IMG/VR virus record: IMGVR_UViG_3300025305_000009
Source of the DNA: an uncultured virus (IMG/VR IMGVR_UViG_3300025305_000009)
Taxonomy: Duplodnaviria > Heunggongvirae > Uroviricota > Caudoviricetes
Length of the DNA stretch: 64,000 nt
Strand: one strand, 5' to 3'
The position numbers and the translations under genes were made by a program. Positions within the stretch are counted from its first letter, which is position 1, and the number at the start of each line of letters is the position of its first letter. This document shows, piece by piece, positions 48,518 to 58,811 of this stretch. The notes under the pieces were generated by a model. The model saw only the letters and a list, made by a program, of their open reading frames with translations, ran no database searches and was not told the origin of the DNA.

Positions 48518-50008
48518 TTAAAGCCGAATCTTGACAATATTGAAAGAAAAGTTCTCTCTATTATATATCTTAATTCGTTTATTAAAATGATTCATAGTGT
48601 GATTTATATACTTCTTGTATTGTAAATTATCGCTAATATCGTAAAGTTTTACCGATTCTTTTGTGTCAGATATCCTTAAACCTCGTCCTATTGATTGTAA
48701 AACACGAATTACAGATTTTGATGGAGATGAGAATATAATGTTGTGAATATTTTTAATATTAATTCCGGTTGAACAAGTACCATACGATGCAACAAGAATA
48801 GAGTTCTCTTCTTTGTCTATAATATGACGTATTTTTTCTCTTTGTTCGGTTTCTGTTCCTCCGTGAATCAAGAACACCTTCTTATCCGGACAGATATTTT
48901 TAATGCTTTCATATAAAGGAATTCCATGCAGTTCCACATAATTAAACAAAAGCAGTGTGTTTCCTTTAATTTTACAACAAAGATTAATAATAAAGTCATT
49001 TCGTTTCTTATTGCCGATGATCCATTTAATTTCATCTTGATATGAAACACGTTTCACTTCTTGTATATCATTAACGTTATATTGGAGGTTTATACACTCA
49101 ATGTTCAGTTTAGAGAGTAACTTATTCTCCATGAGAGTCTTTGTGGTTGTAACGTTAAATACTCTACCAAACAACCCCTCTATTACCAATTTATGTGTCT
49201 GGGAGTCGTCTAACGTCCCTGTAGTCCCTATACGATAGGGACAATCCTTTAGTTTGCTCATAATGTTTGTGAGTGACTTTGCTTTGAAGAGATGACATTC
49301 ATCTCCAAATACGGCTTCAAATTGAGTGAAGTATTTTTCTGGCATCTTGTATATACTTTGCCACGTTGATATAACTACTTTCTTTTCTGTTTGTTTATTT
49401 TGACCTGCAAAAATAGTATGACATTTTTCCTGTATATCCCATTTATTTTTGGACGAATAGTCTAAAAAATCATTATACATCTGTAAAACTAATCCCGTGG
49501 TGGGAACAACAATTAGAATCTTTTTATTATTATTGATAATAGATTCATAGTAACGGATAAGGATATAGATAATTAACGACTTACCGCTACCAGTTGGCGA
49601 GAGAAGTAAACAACGTTTGTTGTTGATGGCGTGCGTAATCGCTGCTATTTGATGAATATGTGATTTAATTTTAGACCCACCAGACATTGGTTTAATTATA
49701 TCACTAATATATTGTTGTATATCCTTTTCTGGTATATTTAATGTTTCCGTTATGTAATTATTTTTAACTGTATAATTCCGATCAGTAGCAAATTTTAGAA
49801 CATAATCCAACAGTCCAGTATAGATTTTTTGTGTATGAATGTTATATAAACGTATTTGTCCGTCCCATAATTTATTTTTATATGCAGGAGTATACTGGTA
49901 ATTTGGAACAGAGAACGTAAAATATTCGCTCAATTCTTTAGCCGTGCCCCGATCACATTGTATTTTAATATTAACAGAATCAATTCTGTTTATTTCTAGA
50001 TCACTCAT
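48518..50008 (-). CDS. uvsW: SF2 helicase UvsW
   Basis: WDGQIRLY, SPTGSGKS, STWQS, DECH, GTTGT, LQSIGRGLR. Confidence 0.95.
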   Translation of the reverse strand: MSDLEINRIDSVNIKIQCDRGTAKELSEYFTFSVPNYQYTPAYKNKLWDGQIRLYNIHTQKIYTGLLDYVLKFATDRNYTVKNNYITETLNIPEKDIQQYISDIIKPMSGGSKIKSHIHQIAAITHAINNKRCLLLSPTGSGKSLIIYILIRYYESIINNNKKILIVVPTTGLVLQMYNDFLDYSSKNKWDIQEKCHTIFAGQNKQTEKKVVISTWQSIYKMPEKYFTQFEAVFGDECHLFKAKSLTNIMSKLKDCPYRIGTTGTLDDSQTHKLVIEGLFGRVFNVTTTKTLMENKLLSKLNIECINLQYNVNDIQEVKRVSYQDEIKWIIGNKKRNDFIINLCCKIKGNTLLLFNYVELHGIPLYESIKNICPDKKVFLIHGGTETEQREKIRHIIDKEENSILVASYGTCSTGINIKNIHNIIFSSPSKSVIRVLQSIGRGLRISDTKESVKLYDISDNLQYKKYINHTMNHFNKRIKIYNRENFSFNIVKIRL

Positions 50009-50439
50009 GATCCATTGGTAAACTTAAGCCAATCAATTACGGCTCTAATAGACCATTGCCTATTGTTGATAATCTTGATTATATTTTCAAGATAGTCTAC
50101 CTTCTCCCTTTGAAATAATATTTTATTTGTAGCATGAATGATATCATCATCTGCTTGCATGAATCTATCAATATCGGTTTTGAGTATATTAAAATCAAAT
50201 GGTTCCCAATTCCGATTATCTAATTCTTCTTGACTCATTTTACCTGTATAGTAAAGCCACTTATCTCTCCTAAGACGATTTAAATCTGATTCCATCTTCC
50301 CGAGAATTAACTTTTCATCGGTGAAGAGAATTAGATACTTGTTATGAAGTTGAGGAGTCTTAAGCGATTCAGCATCAAGTTCTGTCTCATCCATTACTAA
50401 GTCTTTTATTGTCATGTTTCTAAGGTCATCGAGTGTCAT
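50005..50439 (-). CDS. uvsY: Recombination mediator UvsY
   Basis: ESLKTPQLHNKYL, KWLYYTGK, RQWSIR..IDW. Confidence 0.9.
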   Translation of the reverse strand: MTLDDLRNMTIKDLVMDETELDAESLKTPQLHNKYLILFTDEKLILGKMESDLNRLRRDKWLYYTGKMSQEELDNRNWEPFDFNILKTDIDRFMQADDDIIHATNKILFQREKVDYLENIIKIINNRQWSIRAVIDWLKFTNGS

Positions 50440-50448
50440 TGTAAATTT

Positions 50449-50476
50449 ATTATATCTCAAAATAGTTCATTGTCAA
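50449..50476 (-). promoter_or_regulatory. Sigma70-type promoter for uvsY-uvsW
   Basis: TTGACA-N16-TATAAT immediately upstream of uvsY. Confidence 0.7.
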
Positions 50477-50484
50477 GTGATTTA

Positions 50485-51075
50485 TTATGACTGTGTTGAA
50501 ACGGTCCCAAGATTCAATGCAGTAATATTATAAGAATCATAGGTAAAGGTAGCACTTGAGATAATTGGTTCATTGTCCATAGAAGAAGAATTAAATTCAA
50601 TACCCGCCAATGATATTGGAAATGCATTCTTAAACCTAACTTCGTATTTTCCTTTATACGCACTATTCATTATTGTGAGTGAAATATCAGAAAAGAAATC
50701 CTTTTGTTTTATTATAGTATCATAATTTTCCATTGCACCCAACGACTCCATCCATCTGAAAACTTCTAACCAGTTTTTCATTTGTTCATCCACTATGAAC
50801 GTTACTGTTAAGTCTTCGAAACTATATCTACCACCAACTACTTTTGGATATGTTCCAAACGGACTAGGCTGTTCTGCTGGAGTTATATTCAATGCTGGGA
50901 TGCTAGCCGTTTGACAAAAGTAAGTAACGGTAGGAAGTCTAGTTATTTCCAATCGAAAATAATTAGATGCAAGGTAATTGTTTGTATCTGGTTGTCTCGG
51001 ATTCGTTACTTGTGTAATATCAGGAAGGTCGGGCCCTGTATAACCATGTCCTGCACCTGTGTAACCGTGTGACAT
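50485..51075 (-). CDS. gp3: Tail completion / tube terminator protein (gp3-like)
   Basis: NYL...F...RLPTVTYFCQ.A.IP, FIVDE.M.NW, AFPISL; located directly after gp23. Confidence 0.8.
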   Translation of the reverse strand: MSHGYTGAGHGYTGPDLPDITQVTNPRQPDTNNYLASNYFRLEITRLPTVTYFCQTASIPALNITPAEQPSPFGTYPKVVGGRYSFEDLTVTFIVDEQMKNWLEVFRWMESLGAMENYDTIIKQKDFFSDISLTIMNSAYKGKYEVRFKNAFPISLAGIEFNSSSMDNEPIISSATFTYDSYNITALNLGTVSTQS

Positions 51076-51095
51076 TATAGAATCTCCTATGTTAG

Positions 51096-51103
51096 TATTT
51101 ATA
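51096..51103 (-). promoter_or_regulatory. T4 late promoter TATAAATA
   Basis: Exact consensus upstream of gp3. Confidence 0.8.
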
Positions 51104-51104
51104 C

Positions 51105-51135
51105 AAAAGAAAAGGGAGTCCCGAAGGACTCCCTT
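51105..51135 (-). terminator. Rho-independent terminator after gp23 (UUCG tetraloop)
   Basis: AAGGGAGTCC-TTCG-GGACTCCCTT followed by a T-rich tract. Confidence 0.92.
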
Positions 51136-51161
51136 GATTCTTTACGAGTTTATCAGATTAA

Positions 51162-52532
51162 TCAGGCGGTGTTACCGTGGAGGTTGGTAATAGTCATTAA
51201 TCTATAATAGACATTCTTACCAGAACCGACGCTTACGGTAGTACCATCATCGTGGGCGAATGGGTTTGCGACCATTCCGTAACGAGTCTTAAATCCAATC
51301 TTGGGCTGGAAGGTATTCTCACCAACTGCACGCACCATCTGAAGTGGGACGTATGGGCAATAGAAGAGTCCAGCATCGTATGGGCTACTACCCCTATAAC
51401 CAACACATGCGAAGTTTACATCGGTAGAACGAGTATCATTCGTAGTTGCGGTATAAGGATCAATGTAAACCTTCATCTTACCGTTGAGTGTACCAACAAA
51501 GGTGTTACCGGTGTCATCAACATCAAGACTGGTGTTGAGTGCTGGAGAGAGTTGTAACCAACCACCCATTGCGAGTGCAGAAGCAACATCTGAGGAACAG
51601 ACAACAAAGTTACCCTTACCTCTACGAGTTTGCTTGGCGATTACATTTGCTTCACGCTCTAACTGGAACATAAGTCCACGGAAACGTTCTGCGGACCAAC
51701 GACCATCAGAGTCAGTATTGAGATCATAAGTACCAGCAGTTGTTAGATCAGCATGCTGGGCACCATTCCTTGCACTAGTGTAGATGCTACGAATCAACTC
51801 ACGATTGATTTCAGTAAGAATTTCACTAGAAAGAATGTTGGCAAGTTCAGTCTCAGCATCAAGACCATGAACGGCTTTCAAGTCCTGAGCGAGTTCAGTC
51901 GTATACTCTGCCTTGAGGGCGCGAGTCTTTGCTTCCACAGCGACTCGTTCAATGGTGAATGCCATCTCCTTGAAGATGGTGCCGCTGTTGGATAAACCTT
52001 CAGCAGTTGCAGTGAGCATTGCACGGAAACCATCAAGCGATGGACTGCTAGTGGGATCAATACCACCAGTTGAACTGAATGCTGCTCCGGTTGCTGTTGC
52101 ACCAGCACCAGAGAACTTGGCAAATGCTTCCTGATAAAGAGCCTCTGCGCCACTCTGGTTGTCATATCTTGCACGCATAGCGAAGATAAGACCTGTAGGT
52201 GCGCTCATTGGCTGTACAGCAGCGAGATCATAAGCCATTAAATTTGGCATTGCACGACGAACAAGACTAATTAAAACTGGATCATAACCAGCAAGATTAT
52301 TGCTCGATGCATTATCAGCAGCGGCTGAAACACTAAAACCACCTGCACCCATCTGGTTGGTGATTTCAGTAAGGCTCTGCTCTCGTAATGCACGCTCTTC
52401 ATTTTCTAAAAGGCAAGCAGTCACTTTGGCGCGATAACTATCCCGAATCTCAGGGAGATCAGGATGGTTTAGCACGGGTGACCACTTTTCAGTAAGCATA
52501 TCGTATGGTGTTTGATTTGTGTCGAAATCCAT
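51162..52532 (-). CDS. gp23: Major capsid protein gp23
   Basis: DPVLISLVRRAMP, VQPMSAPTGLIFAMR, RALKAEYT.ELAQDLKAVHGLDAE, FYCPYVPL, FQPKIGFKTRYG. Confidence 0.98.
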   Translation of the reverse strand: MDFDTNQTPYDMLTEKWSPVLNHPDLPEIRDSYRAKVTACLLENEERALREQSLTEITNQMGAGGFSVSAAADNASSNNLAGYDPVLISLVRRAMPNLMAYDLAAVQPMSAPTGLIFAMRARYDNQSGAEALYQEAFAKFSGAGATATGAAFSSTGGIDPTSSPSLDGFRAMLTATAEGLSNSGTIFKEMAFTIERVAVEAKTRALKAEYTTELAQDLKAVHGLDAETELANILSSEILTEINRELIRSIYTSARNGAQHADLTTAGTYDLNTDSDGRWSAERFRGLMFQLEREANVIAKQTRRGKGNFVVCSSDVASALAMGGWLQLSPALNTSLDVDDTGNTFVGTLNGKMKVYIDPYTATTNDTRSTDVNFACVGYRGSSPYDAGLFYCPYVPLQMVRAVGENTFQPKIGFKTRYGMVANPFAHDDGTTVSVGSGKNVYYRLMTITNLHGNTA

Positions 52533-52572
52533 TATTAGATTCTCCTTTGACTCGGAAATGTATATGTCTTTT

Positions 52573-52580
52573 TATGTATA
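52573..52580 (-). promoter_or_regulatory. Late-promoter variant TATACATA
   Basis: Upstream of gp23; same octamer upstream of gp20 and gp13. Confidence 0.65.
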
Positions 52581-52593
52581 AAAATTCTTATTT

Positions 52594-53550
52594 TCAAGAA
52601 ACCTTGTTTCCTGAAGTGTGTCTAGAAATTGCGCTCATGTAATTGTTCATTGGGCCATCAGTATTGATTATATCTTGATAATCACCTTCGCCCTCTTCGG
52701 TAAGGACAGGAACATCATCGCTAAAATAACTTTCTCGTAGAGTTGAAATTTTATTACGGAATTGATCTTCATCATCATACTCAATACCTTCTGCTAACGA
52801 TTGAAGACGATCAGTTTCCATGTCTGTTAAACCGTCTGTTTCTTCATTAAATATTTTACCGCATCGTTGCTCTAATAGTCCTGCGCGAAGATCGATATTT
52901 GCTTGAAGTGCTTCGTTTAATTCGGTTTCAATTTCTTCTTTACTTTGAGTGAGTTCATTTATTATGTCATATTTTTCTTCTGGAACATCAATGTAACAAT
53001 TCTCAAACAGAACTTTCAAACCAGCAATGAAATTCTCGGCAACATCTGTTCGGATGCCGTTCTCCACAGCAAGTTTATTTTCTTCCATCCATTGTTCAAC
53101 AACATAACCAAGATAGTCATCTAATTTTTCAGAAATATCTTCGGCAATTGCTTCGATGTTTTCTGCAAGAATGTCTTGATATTGTTCAATAAGGTTTGCT
53201 TCAATATCAGTAACTCGCTCATTAATTGCAGCCTCAAAGATTGTAACTGCTTTATTTTGAAAATCTTCCGAAAGATCTTCACCATCAAAAAGAGCAGAAA
53301 GATGTTCTTCCATTCGTTCTTGTGATGTACCACTAGGAACTGGACGTTCGAAAGAACTCGGTCCACGCGCCTTACCGGCAATAGAAGCCTTATTTTTTTT
53401 ATCCTTACCTTCTGTGCCCTTATCGGTATCAATTTTAGCATGCTTTCCTTCAGCATCTTGATACAACTTAGGATCCTCCTCAGATTTTGTGTCTAGAGTT
53501 GGAGTCTCTGACCCTGCTTCTACTAGTTCATGTTCGTAATATTCAGGCAT
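52594..53550 (-). CDS. gp22: Prohead core/scaffold protein gp22
   Basis: LSEDF..KA.TIFEAA, LDDYL.YVVEQW, GLK.LF, LRESYF. Confidence 0.9.
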   Translation of the reverse strand: MPEYYEHELVEAGSETPTLDTKSEEDPKLYQDAEGKHAKIDTDKGTEGKDKKNKASIAGKARGPSSFERPVPSGTSQERMEEHLSALFDGEDLSEDFQNKAVTIFEAAINERVTDIEANLIEQYQDILAENIEAIAEDISEKLDDYLGYVVEQWMEENKLAVENGIRTDVAENFIAGLKVLFENCYIDVPEEKYDIINELTQSKEEIETELNEALQANIDLRAGLLEQRCGKIFNEETDGLTDMETDRLQSLAEGIEYDDEDQFRNKISTLRESYFSDDVPVLTEEGEGDYQDIINTDGPMNNYMSAISRHTSGNKVS

Positions 53551-53596
53551 TATTTTAACTCCTTTGATCAGTTTTTATAAGGCTCTCTATCTGCAT

Positions 53597-53604
53597 TATT
53601 TATA
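53597..53604 (-). promoter_or_regulatory. T4 late promoter TATAAATA
   Basis: Exact consensus upstream of gp22. Confidence 0.8.
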
Positions 53605-53608
53605 CATT

Positions 53609-54253
53609 TTAAATTTTTGAAAGAAAATCTTTCCACAAAAACAATGATTTCTCTTCTAATTCTTTAATAGACGCTTTCTGTATTATATCTCGATACCCGT
53701 CTATCACTTTCTCTTTAATTGTACCATTATCCCATACCCACTCTTTACCTTCCATAATACCATTTACAAAAGCACCCGGTGCTGATGGGTCAGCAACAAT
53801 ATCCACCGCCGAAAGCATGAAATCATCTTTAACATAATTTACGCCGCCTTTTTCTTCTAAAGAACCCATGCCGCGAGAAGAAACACCAAGTTGCGCACCT
53901 TCTGTAACTAAATTCTTTGCAATATTACCCATGGGAGTATCAAGAAGTTTAGCCTTACCGATAATATCATTACCCTCAACTTTAAGATCTTTAATCATAT
54001 GAGACACACGATCAAGATTTACAGTTGGACCTTGTGGGTGGTTTAATTCACCCATTGCACGGTTCTTTGTAACAAAATTTTTATTATATCTACCGATTTC
54101 GTTTTCTAAGATACCAAGAGGATAAATGCGACCATTACGATTTTTCTGCTCTGCTTGCATAAATACGCCATGAATGAAATAATTCTTTTTACCCTCAGAA
54201 TCTTCTTCTATCAAGTAATGGACACTTTCTGTCATTTCTGTGATAAGTTTCAT
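53609..54253 (-). CDS. gp21: Prohead protease gp21
   Basis: NRNGRIYP, GELNHP, GVSSRGMGS, DIVADPSAP. Confidence 0.96.
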   Translation of the reverse strand: MKLITEMTESVHYLIEEDSEGKKNYFIHGVFMQAEQKNRNGRIYPLGILENEIGRYNKNFVTKNRAMGELNHPQGPTVNLDRVSHMIKDLKVEGNDIIGKAKLLDTPMGNIAKNLVTEGAQLGVSSRGMGSLEEKGGVNYVKDDFMLSAVDIVADPSAPGAFVNGIMEGKEWVWDNGTIKEKVIDGYRDIIQKASIKELEEKSLFLWKDFLSKI

Positions 54254-54577
54254 TTATTTTTCTTCCTTTTGTCCTTTTCTTTTGCGAATTGCGAAACCCA
54301 CAACGTTACGACGATTCTTTAAATAATCATCAGATTCATCAGAATCATCATCATTATCAATGTCTCCGTCCTCAGAACCAACAGCGTCTAATTTTGTCTT
54401 CTTTTTTTCAACTAACCCGAACATTCCAACTGCTTCTTTATATGTCTCAGGAGCAACTTCTTTGGTAACAAGATCTAATACATCATGGAGTTTACTATAA
54501 AGCAGTGCTTCGGTTTCTGTTTTTGCAACAGACAAATTACCATCAACCAAATGTTGTATGATGTTATTAGTCGGCAT
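54254..54577 (-). CDS. Prohead core-region protein
   Basis: Between gp20 and gp21; LDAVG.EDGDIDND...DDYLKNRR acidic motif. Confidence 0.6.
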   Translation of the reverse strand: MPTNNIIQHLVDGNLSVAKTETEALLYSKLHDVLDLVTKEVAPETYKEAVGMFGLVEKKKTKLDAVGSEDGDIDNDDDSDESDDYLKNRRNVVGFAIRKRKGQKEEK

Positions 54578-54815
54578 CTTCATCTCCTTCATTAATTTGA
54601 ACGTAGCAAAAAGAGAGAATTTTATCAAAACCATCTTCTGATTCTTCTAAAATGTTTCTCATCTTTACTTGATTTTCTTGATTCATGGTGTCATGAATTG
54701 CAACCAGATTATATGCATCTTCTGGTTCAATATGTATAACTGAACCATCTTTGGCTTCAAATAATAATGTTTGTTCGAATGTAATGACTTCTTGTAGTGA
54801 TGAAATAATATTCAT
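54567..54815 (-). CDS. Prohead core-region small protein
   Basis: Synteny (gp67/gp68 region); acidic ORF. Confidence 0.6.
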   Translation of the reverse strand: MNIISSLQEVITFEQTLLFEAKDGSVIHIEPEDAYNLVAIHDTMNQENQVKMRNILEESEDGFDKILSFCYVQINEGDEDAD

Positions 54816-54827
54816 TATAAGTGTCCT

Positions 54828-55217
54828 TTATTTAACTTTTGCCTTCATGTCCTTTGCTAAGAAATGTAACAATTGTTCCATGTCTAAATCAACGTTAGAA
54901 GTTGTTACTATTTTTCCTTTTATGTTGAAGTTTTTTTTACCAACTCCTGCTTGAGATGCTGATTTTATGAATTTTTTTGCATCAGAAGAATTAATAAATA
55001 TATAAGTTGTAGATTTTTCATTAACCTCATCAATTGACTGATCCTCATCCTCATCAGTTAATTGATCATCATTTAGGAGGTTTTGTGAAATTTCAACATT
55101 TTGGTCTATAATATTTGTGTTGATCCTATCTTGAATTTCTGAATTAAATGCAACAGAAAAATCTTCTTTGTTGCTATGTAAAATACAATCAATCATATCA
55201 TTGATGTTTTGATTCAT
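54828..55217 (-). CDS. Prohead core-region protein (gp67-like position)
   Basis: Directly after portal with ATGA overlap. Confidence 0.6.
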   Translation of the reverse strand: MNQNINDMIDCILHSNKEDFSVAFNSEIQDRINTNIIDQNVEISQNLLNDDQLTDEDEDQSIDEVNEKSTTYIFINSSDAKKFIKSASQAGVGKKNFNIKGKIVTTSNVDLDMEQLLHFLAKDMKAKVK

Positions 55218-56746
55218 TCAAGTTCTCCTTCTTCCGTTTGTTCGTCTTCGGCTGGTTGTTCTGCCGCTGCTTCCTTTTGTATTTGTATATCCATTATATT
55301 TATATCTTCTTCTGATTGACGGAGTATATTTTTTCTTATCCACTCACTAGAATAGTATTTACCGACATATTCATCCATTTGAGTCAATATATCTAGTCTT
55401 TCTTTAATAATTTCTGTTTCTTTCAACTCAGTGAAATATGAATCCTGATTAAATTTATATCGGATAGATGGAGAAATTAGATTCCAATCACTTTCTGACA
55501 TTATTCCCTTAAGAACAAGTTGCGTTCTTAACAATTGCGAAAATATTTCACAGAATCTCATGCGAAGTTTTTCAATAAATTTAAAGAATTTAACTTCATC
55601 TCTAGTAATCTCAGCAGACCTGCCCATATTAAAACCAGTTTCTGGTTCCATTCGTGATACCGGAACGTTGAGAGAACGATAGAGTTTCTTGAGAAGATAA
55701 TTAACATCATCCATTTCACCAAGATTTTGACCACCATCTAATGTAGTAATTTCTGTTCCTCTGCCTCCTTCTCTACGAGGCATCCAGAAGTCTTCTAGCA
55801 TGTGTAGATGATTTCTATCATCTTTTACTTCACCCGTTGTTGAATCATAAGTGAGTTTGTTTCTATAGCGGTTCATAATATCACGAAGATATTGCTCTGC
55901 TTTGTTCTTTGGAAGATTACCAACATCAATATAAAATATTCTTCGTTCTGGTGCGCGAGATATACGATAAATCACCACTGCATCTTCTATTTGACGAAGC
56001 ATGTTTAATGGCCGAACTGCTTTTTGGATATATCCAACCACTCTATTTTCTCTAGAATCAATTACTCCAGAATGAATGTAACAGATGGAATCTTTTGCAA
56101 TTTTGATTCCTTGTGTTGGTGTTGGGAGTGTAGCATTTCTATCTGTGTTGGTATAAATGTAAAACTCATCTATACTTTTAACAAAAGGAATAGTAGTATT
56201 GCCAATTCTTCGTTGTTCTTTGTTTACTTTCTTTATTTTCTTTATTTTAGTTGGATTTATTGCACGAAGTTCTTTGATGCCCTTTTCTGGATGTTCAACA
56301 TCCAGAATAATGTGGTAATATACTTTGCTGTCTATGTACCATCTTCTAAAAATATCATGACCTTTATTGTGAAATTCTAGCAATCTTAAAATACCGTCAT
56401 ATTCTTTATAGATTTTGTTTTTGATAACAGGTGACACTTCCACTTTAGCAAGGTCAAGTTTTATTGGTTTTCGGTCATCATTCATTATGATAGATTCATT
56501 AACAATATCTTCAATTGCCTGATCTACCTCTGGAAACATTGCTGCATTTCTGAACTGTGCAATAAGTTGATTTTCATTCTTAACTGCACCACTAAAATCA
56601 ACTAGTGTTCCAAAAACACCACCTGTTTCTAATGTATATGTACCATCATAATTATCAGGAACCACGAAAGATTCTTGTTTTTTGGAATCTTTTGGCTCAA
56701 CGGGTCGTTTTTTACCAATAGTAAATCCAAAAATATCAATAGGCAT
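55214..56746 (-). CDS. gp20: Portal protein gp20
   Basis: AIEDIVNE, FRRWYID, IYRISRAPERRIFYIDVGNLP, MLEDFWMPRREGGRGTEI. Confidence 0.97.
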   Translation of the reverse strand: MPIDIFGFTIGKKRPVEPKDSKKQESFVVPDNYDGTYTLETGGVFGTLVDFSGAVKNENQLIAQFRNAAMFPEVDQAIEDIVNESIIMNDDRKPIKLDLAKVEVSPVIKNKIYKEYDGILRLLEFHNKGHDIFRRWYIDSKVYYHIILDVEHPEKGIKELRAINPTKIKKIKKVNKEQRRIGNTTIPFVKSIDEFYIYTNTDRNATLPTPTQGIKIAKDSICYIHSGVIDSRENRVVGYIQKAVRPLNMLRQIEDAVVIYRISRAPERRIFYIDVGNLPKNKAEQYLRDIMNRYRNKLTYDSTTGEVKDDRNHLHMLEDFWMPRREGGRGTEITTLDGGQNLGEMDDVNYLLKKLYRSLNVPVSRMEPETGFNMGRSAEITRDEVKFFKFIEKLRMRFCEIFSQLLRTQLVLKGIMSESDWNLISPSIRYKFNQDSYFTELKETEIIKERLDILTQMDEYVGKYYSSEWIRKNILRQSEEDINIMDIQIQKEAAAEQPAEDEQTEEGELE

Positions 56747-56778
56747 AATAAAACCCTCTCATTGAATGTTTATCACTA

Positions 56779-56786
56779 TATGTATA
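56779..56786 (-). promoter_or_regulatory. Late-promoter variant TATACATA
   Basis: Upstream of gp20. Confidence 0.65.
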
Positions 56787-56832
56787 AGAATTCAAATCAA
56801 AGGTTTTGATTATTTATCTGCTGTCGGAATCT

Positions 56833-57420
56833 CTAATTATTACCTCCGCCCGTGCCTTCTTCTAAGACCAACCAATCATAGGCTAAGGTTACTGCATATT
56901 CGTTGAGAGCATCAGCAGTATCAAAACTCAAATCAATTGCACCAATTTCCGTTGGCCAACAATTTACAAGTCTAATAGTTCTATCTGCAATTTCAAATCC
57001 CTGTGTGTCCAATTGTGTAACTGTCCACTCTTTAAACCATTTTTCATGTAAACCACTAAGCGTTTCGGCCTCCAATGCCGTATTTTCCTTGTGTTGATTT
57101 AAACCTGCATGCCACTCTTCAAACAATCGCCTCCAATTCTTACTGTTGCTAGACTCTCCATTAGTATTAGTATCTAATGCTGTAAAAGTCCATTCTGGAT
57201 AAATGCGATCACCAGGAAGTTTTGCTACTCTACCCCGAAAAGGAACTTGAATAGTTCCCAATGTTTGAGCGGGCATTGATGCGGCTTTTACCAAAAGATT
57301 TGGCATATTTTCTCCACTATCTCCGCCAATTTCTCCGTTAACAACGAATCGGTTTGGGCGAGTACCTCCATCAAAACCCTTTTTAAAGGTCTGAATATCT
57401 TGTGCGTATTGTGTGGCCAT
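56833..57420 (-). CDS. gp19: Tail tube protein gp19
   Basis: GGTRPNRF, VPFRGR..KLPGDR, WPTEIGAIDLS. Confidence 0.92.
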   Translation of the reverse strand: MATQYAQDIQTFKKGFDGGTRPNRFVVNGEIGGDSGENMPNLLVKAASMPAQTLGTIQVPFRGRVAKLPGDRIYPEWTFTALDTNTNGESSNSKNWRRLFEEWHAGLNQHKENTALEAETLSGLHEKWFKEWTVTQLDTQGFEIADRTIRLVNCWPTEIGAIDLSFDTADALNEYAVTLAYDWLVLEEGTGGGNN

Positions 57421-57467
57421 TTCTATTTACTCCTTCTATTGATTATGTGTGATTCTTATTGTGTTAA

Positions 57468-58715
57468 TCACCCCAAATCATCATCTGTGTTTTTATTTGT
57501 GAACGTTATTCGGATAAAGTTGATAGACTTCGTTGGTTTAATGAAAATGTCTGCATTAAATTGGTTCGCATCAACTAATGCACCTGGGTTATTAGATTCA
57601 TCACAAACAACTCGGAAGTCATAAATTCCTCTTCCTGCCTGAATGTTTCTCAGGAAAGGAGTAACTGCATTTACAAACGATGCTCTGGTTTCTGCGTCAT
57701 TCATTTCAAACAACTTACTTCGTGCTGCCGCACCTATTGTCTTCTTGAGATGAATAAAGAGTCGGGAAACGTTGATCCGACTGAGAGTACTTGATGAATC
57801 TTTACCAGTTTTATCACCAAACAGAACAGTTCCTTCTCCGGGGAAAGTAACAACAGGGTTGACTTTAGCATCATATAATGTATCTTGCTGGGCATCTGTT
57901 GGACTATGAATAAGACTCACAACGTCAAGAATTTGACCTCTTCTGAATCCGGCAGGGGACCACCAAGGATCTAGATCTCTATCCGTTCTTGCAATACATC
58001 CTGCGACATCTGCTGCACAAGAAGTAACAATGAAGTCATTGGAAGTACCTCGTACAATATCTAAATGACGTTTTGAACCGAAAACAGTAACATTGAATTC
58101 GTCCGCAGTACCTTCATTTGATTGGGTTGCAATAATAGCCTCTTCACCATTACCTCTGTCGGGAAGAACAGAAACACAATCTCCTCTGAAAGAAGCAATT
58201 GTTCCAACACTCGCTTGAATAGCACCGCTACTATCACCGGTTGCAGCAAACACCAAATCAAGTGGAATTGATTTATCTTTAAGAGTTGAATACCCATCAC
58301 TTGTATGTTGTTCTGAACCCGTACCACCAACAATTAACACGCCACCATATTGGAGATAATTGTGTGCTGCCCACCATTCAGTTTTCCATCCACCAGTTGG
58401 CCCAAGTCGGTATCTAGAACCGGTGCCACCTTTAGTTGCTGAACTATGGTTACTGGTAAACCCACTAAATGTCTCATCCCAATATAATAAATCATGGGTA
58501 TTACCACCAATAGGATCTTTTGCAGTTAATCGGTGCATCCAATCTGAAATACTTTCAATTTGCATGACACCAGATTTTCGTTCCGCAGTAAATCCTACTG
58601 CTAAAATCAAACCACCAGTAGTAGGCATACCACCTCTTACCCTAGAACCGGATTCAGTATTGGGGATGACATAACTTTGATCATCTATAACAACTTTGAC
58701 GTTTGCTCTTGCCAT
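57468..58715 (-). CDS. gp18: Tail sheath protein gp18 (compact, 415 aa)
   Basis: PWWSPAG..RG, LY...VNPV, LFGDKT, RINVSRLF, FEMND, VVCDESNN, IKPTKSINFI. Confidence 0.93.
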   Translation of the reverse strand: MARANVKVVIDDQSYVIPNTESGSRVRGGMPTTGGLILAVGFTAERKSGVMQIESISDWMHRLTAKDPIGGNTHDLLYWDETFSGFTSNHSSATKGGTGSRYRLGPTGGWKTEWWAAHNYLQYGGVLIVGGTGSEQHTSDGYSTLKDKSIPLDLVFAATGDSSGAIQASVGTIASFRGDCVSVLPDRGNGEEAIIATQSNEGTADEFNVTVFGSKRHLDIVRGTSNDFIVTSCAADVAGCIARTDRDLDPWWSPAGFRRGQILDVVSLIHSPTDAQQDTLYDAKVNPVVTFPGEGTVLFGDKTGKDSSSTLSRINVSRLFIHLKKTIGAAARSKLFEMNDAETRASFVNAVTPFLRNIQAGRGIYDFRVVCDESNNPGALVDANQFNADIFIKPTKSINFIRITFTNKNTDDDLG

Positions 58716-58780
58716 CTTTTATATCTCCTCTGAGTATTATAGTATATTTTAATGCATATAAGCAGAATACTGTTCAGAGA

Positions 58781-58788
58781 TATTTATA
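58781..58788 (-). promoter_or_regulatory. T4 late promoter TATAAATA
   Basis: Exact consensus upstream of gp18. Confidence 0.75.
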
Positions 58789-58811
58789 GTTTTTGCTATT
58801 TTGAGAAACAA

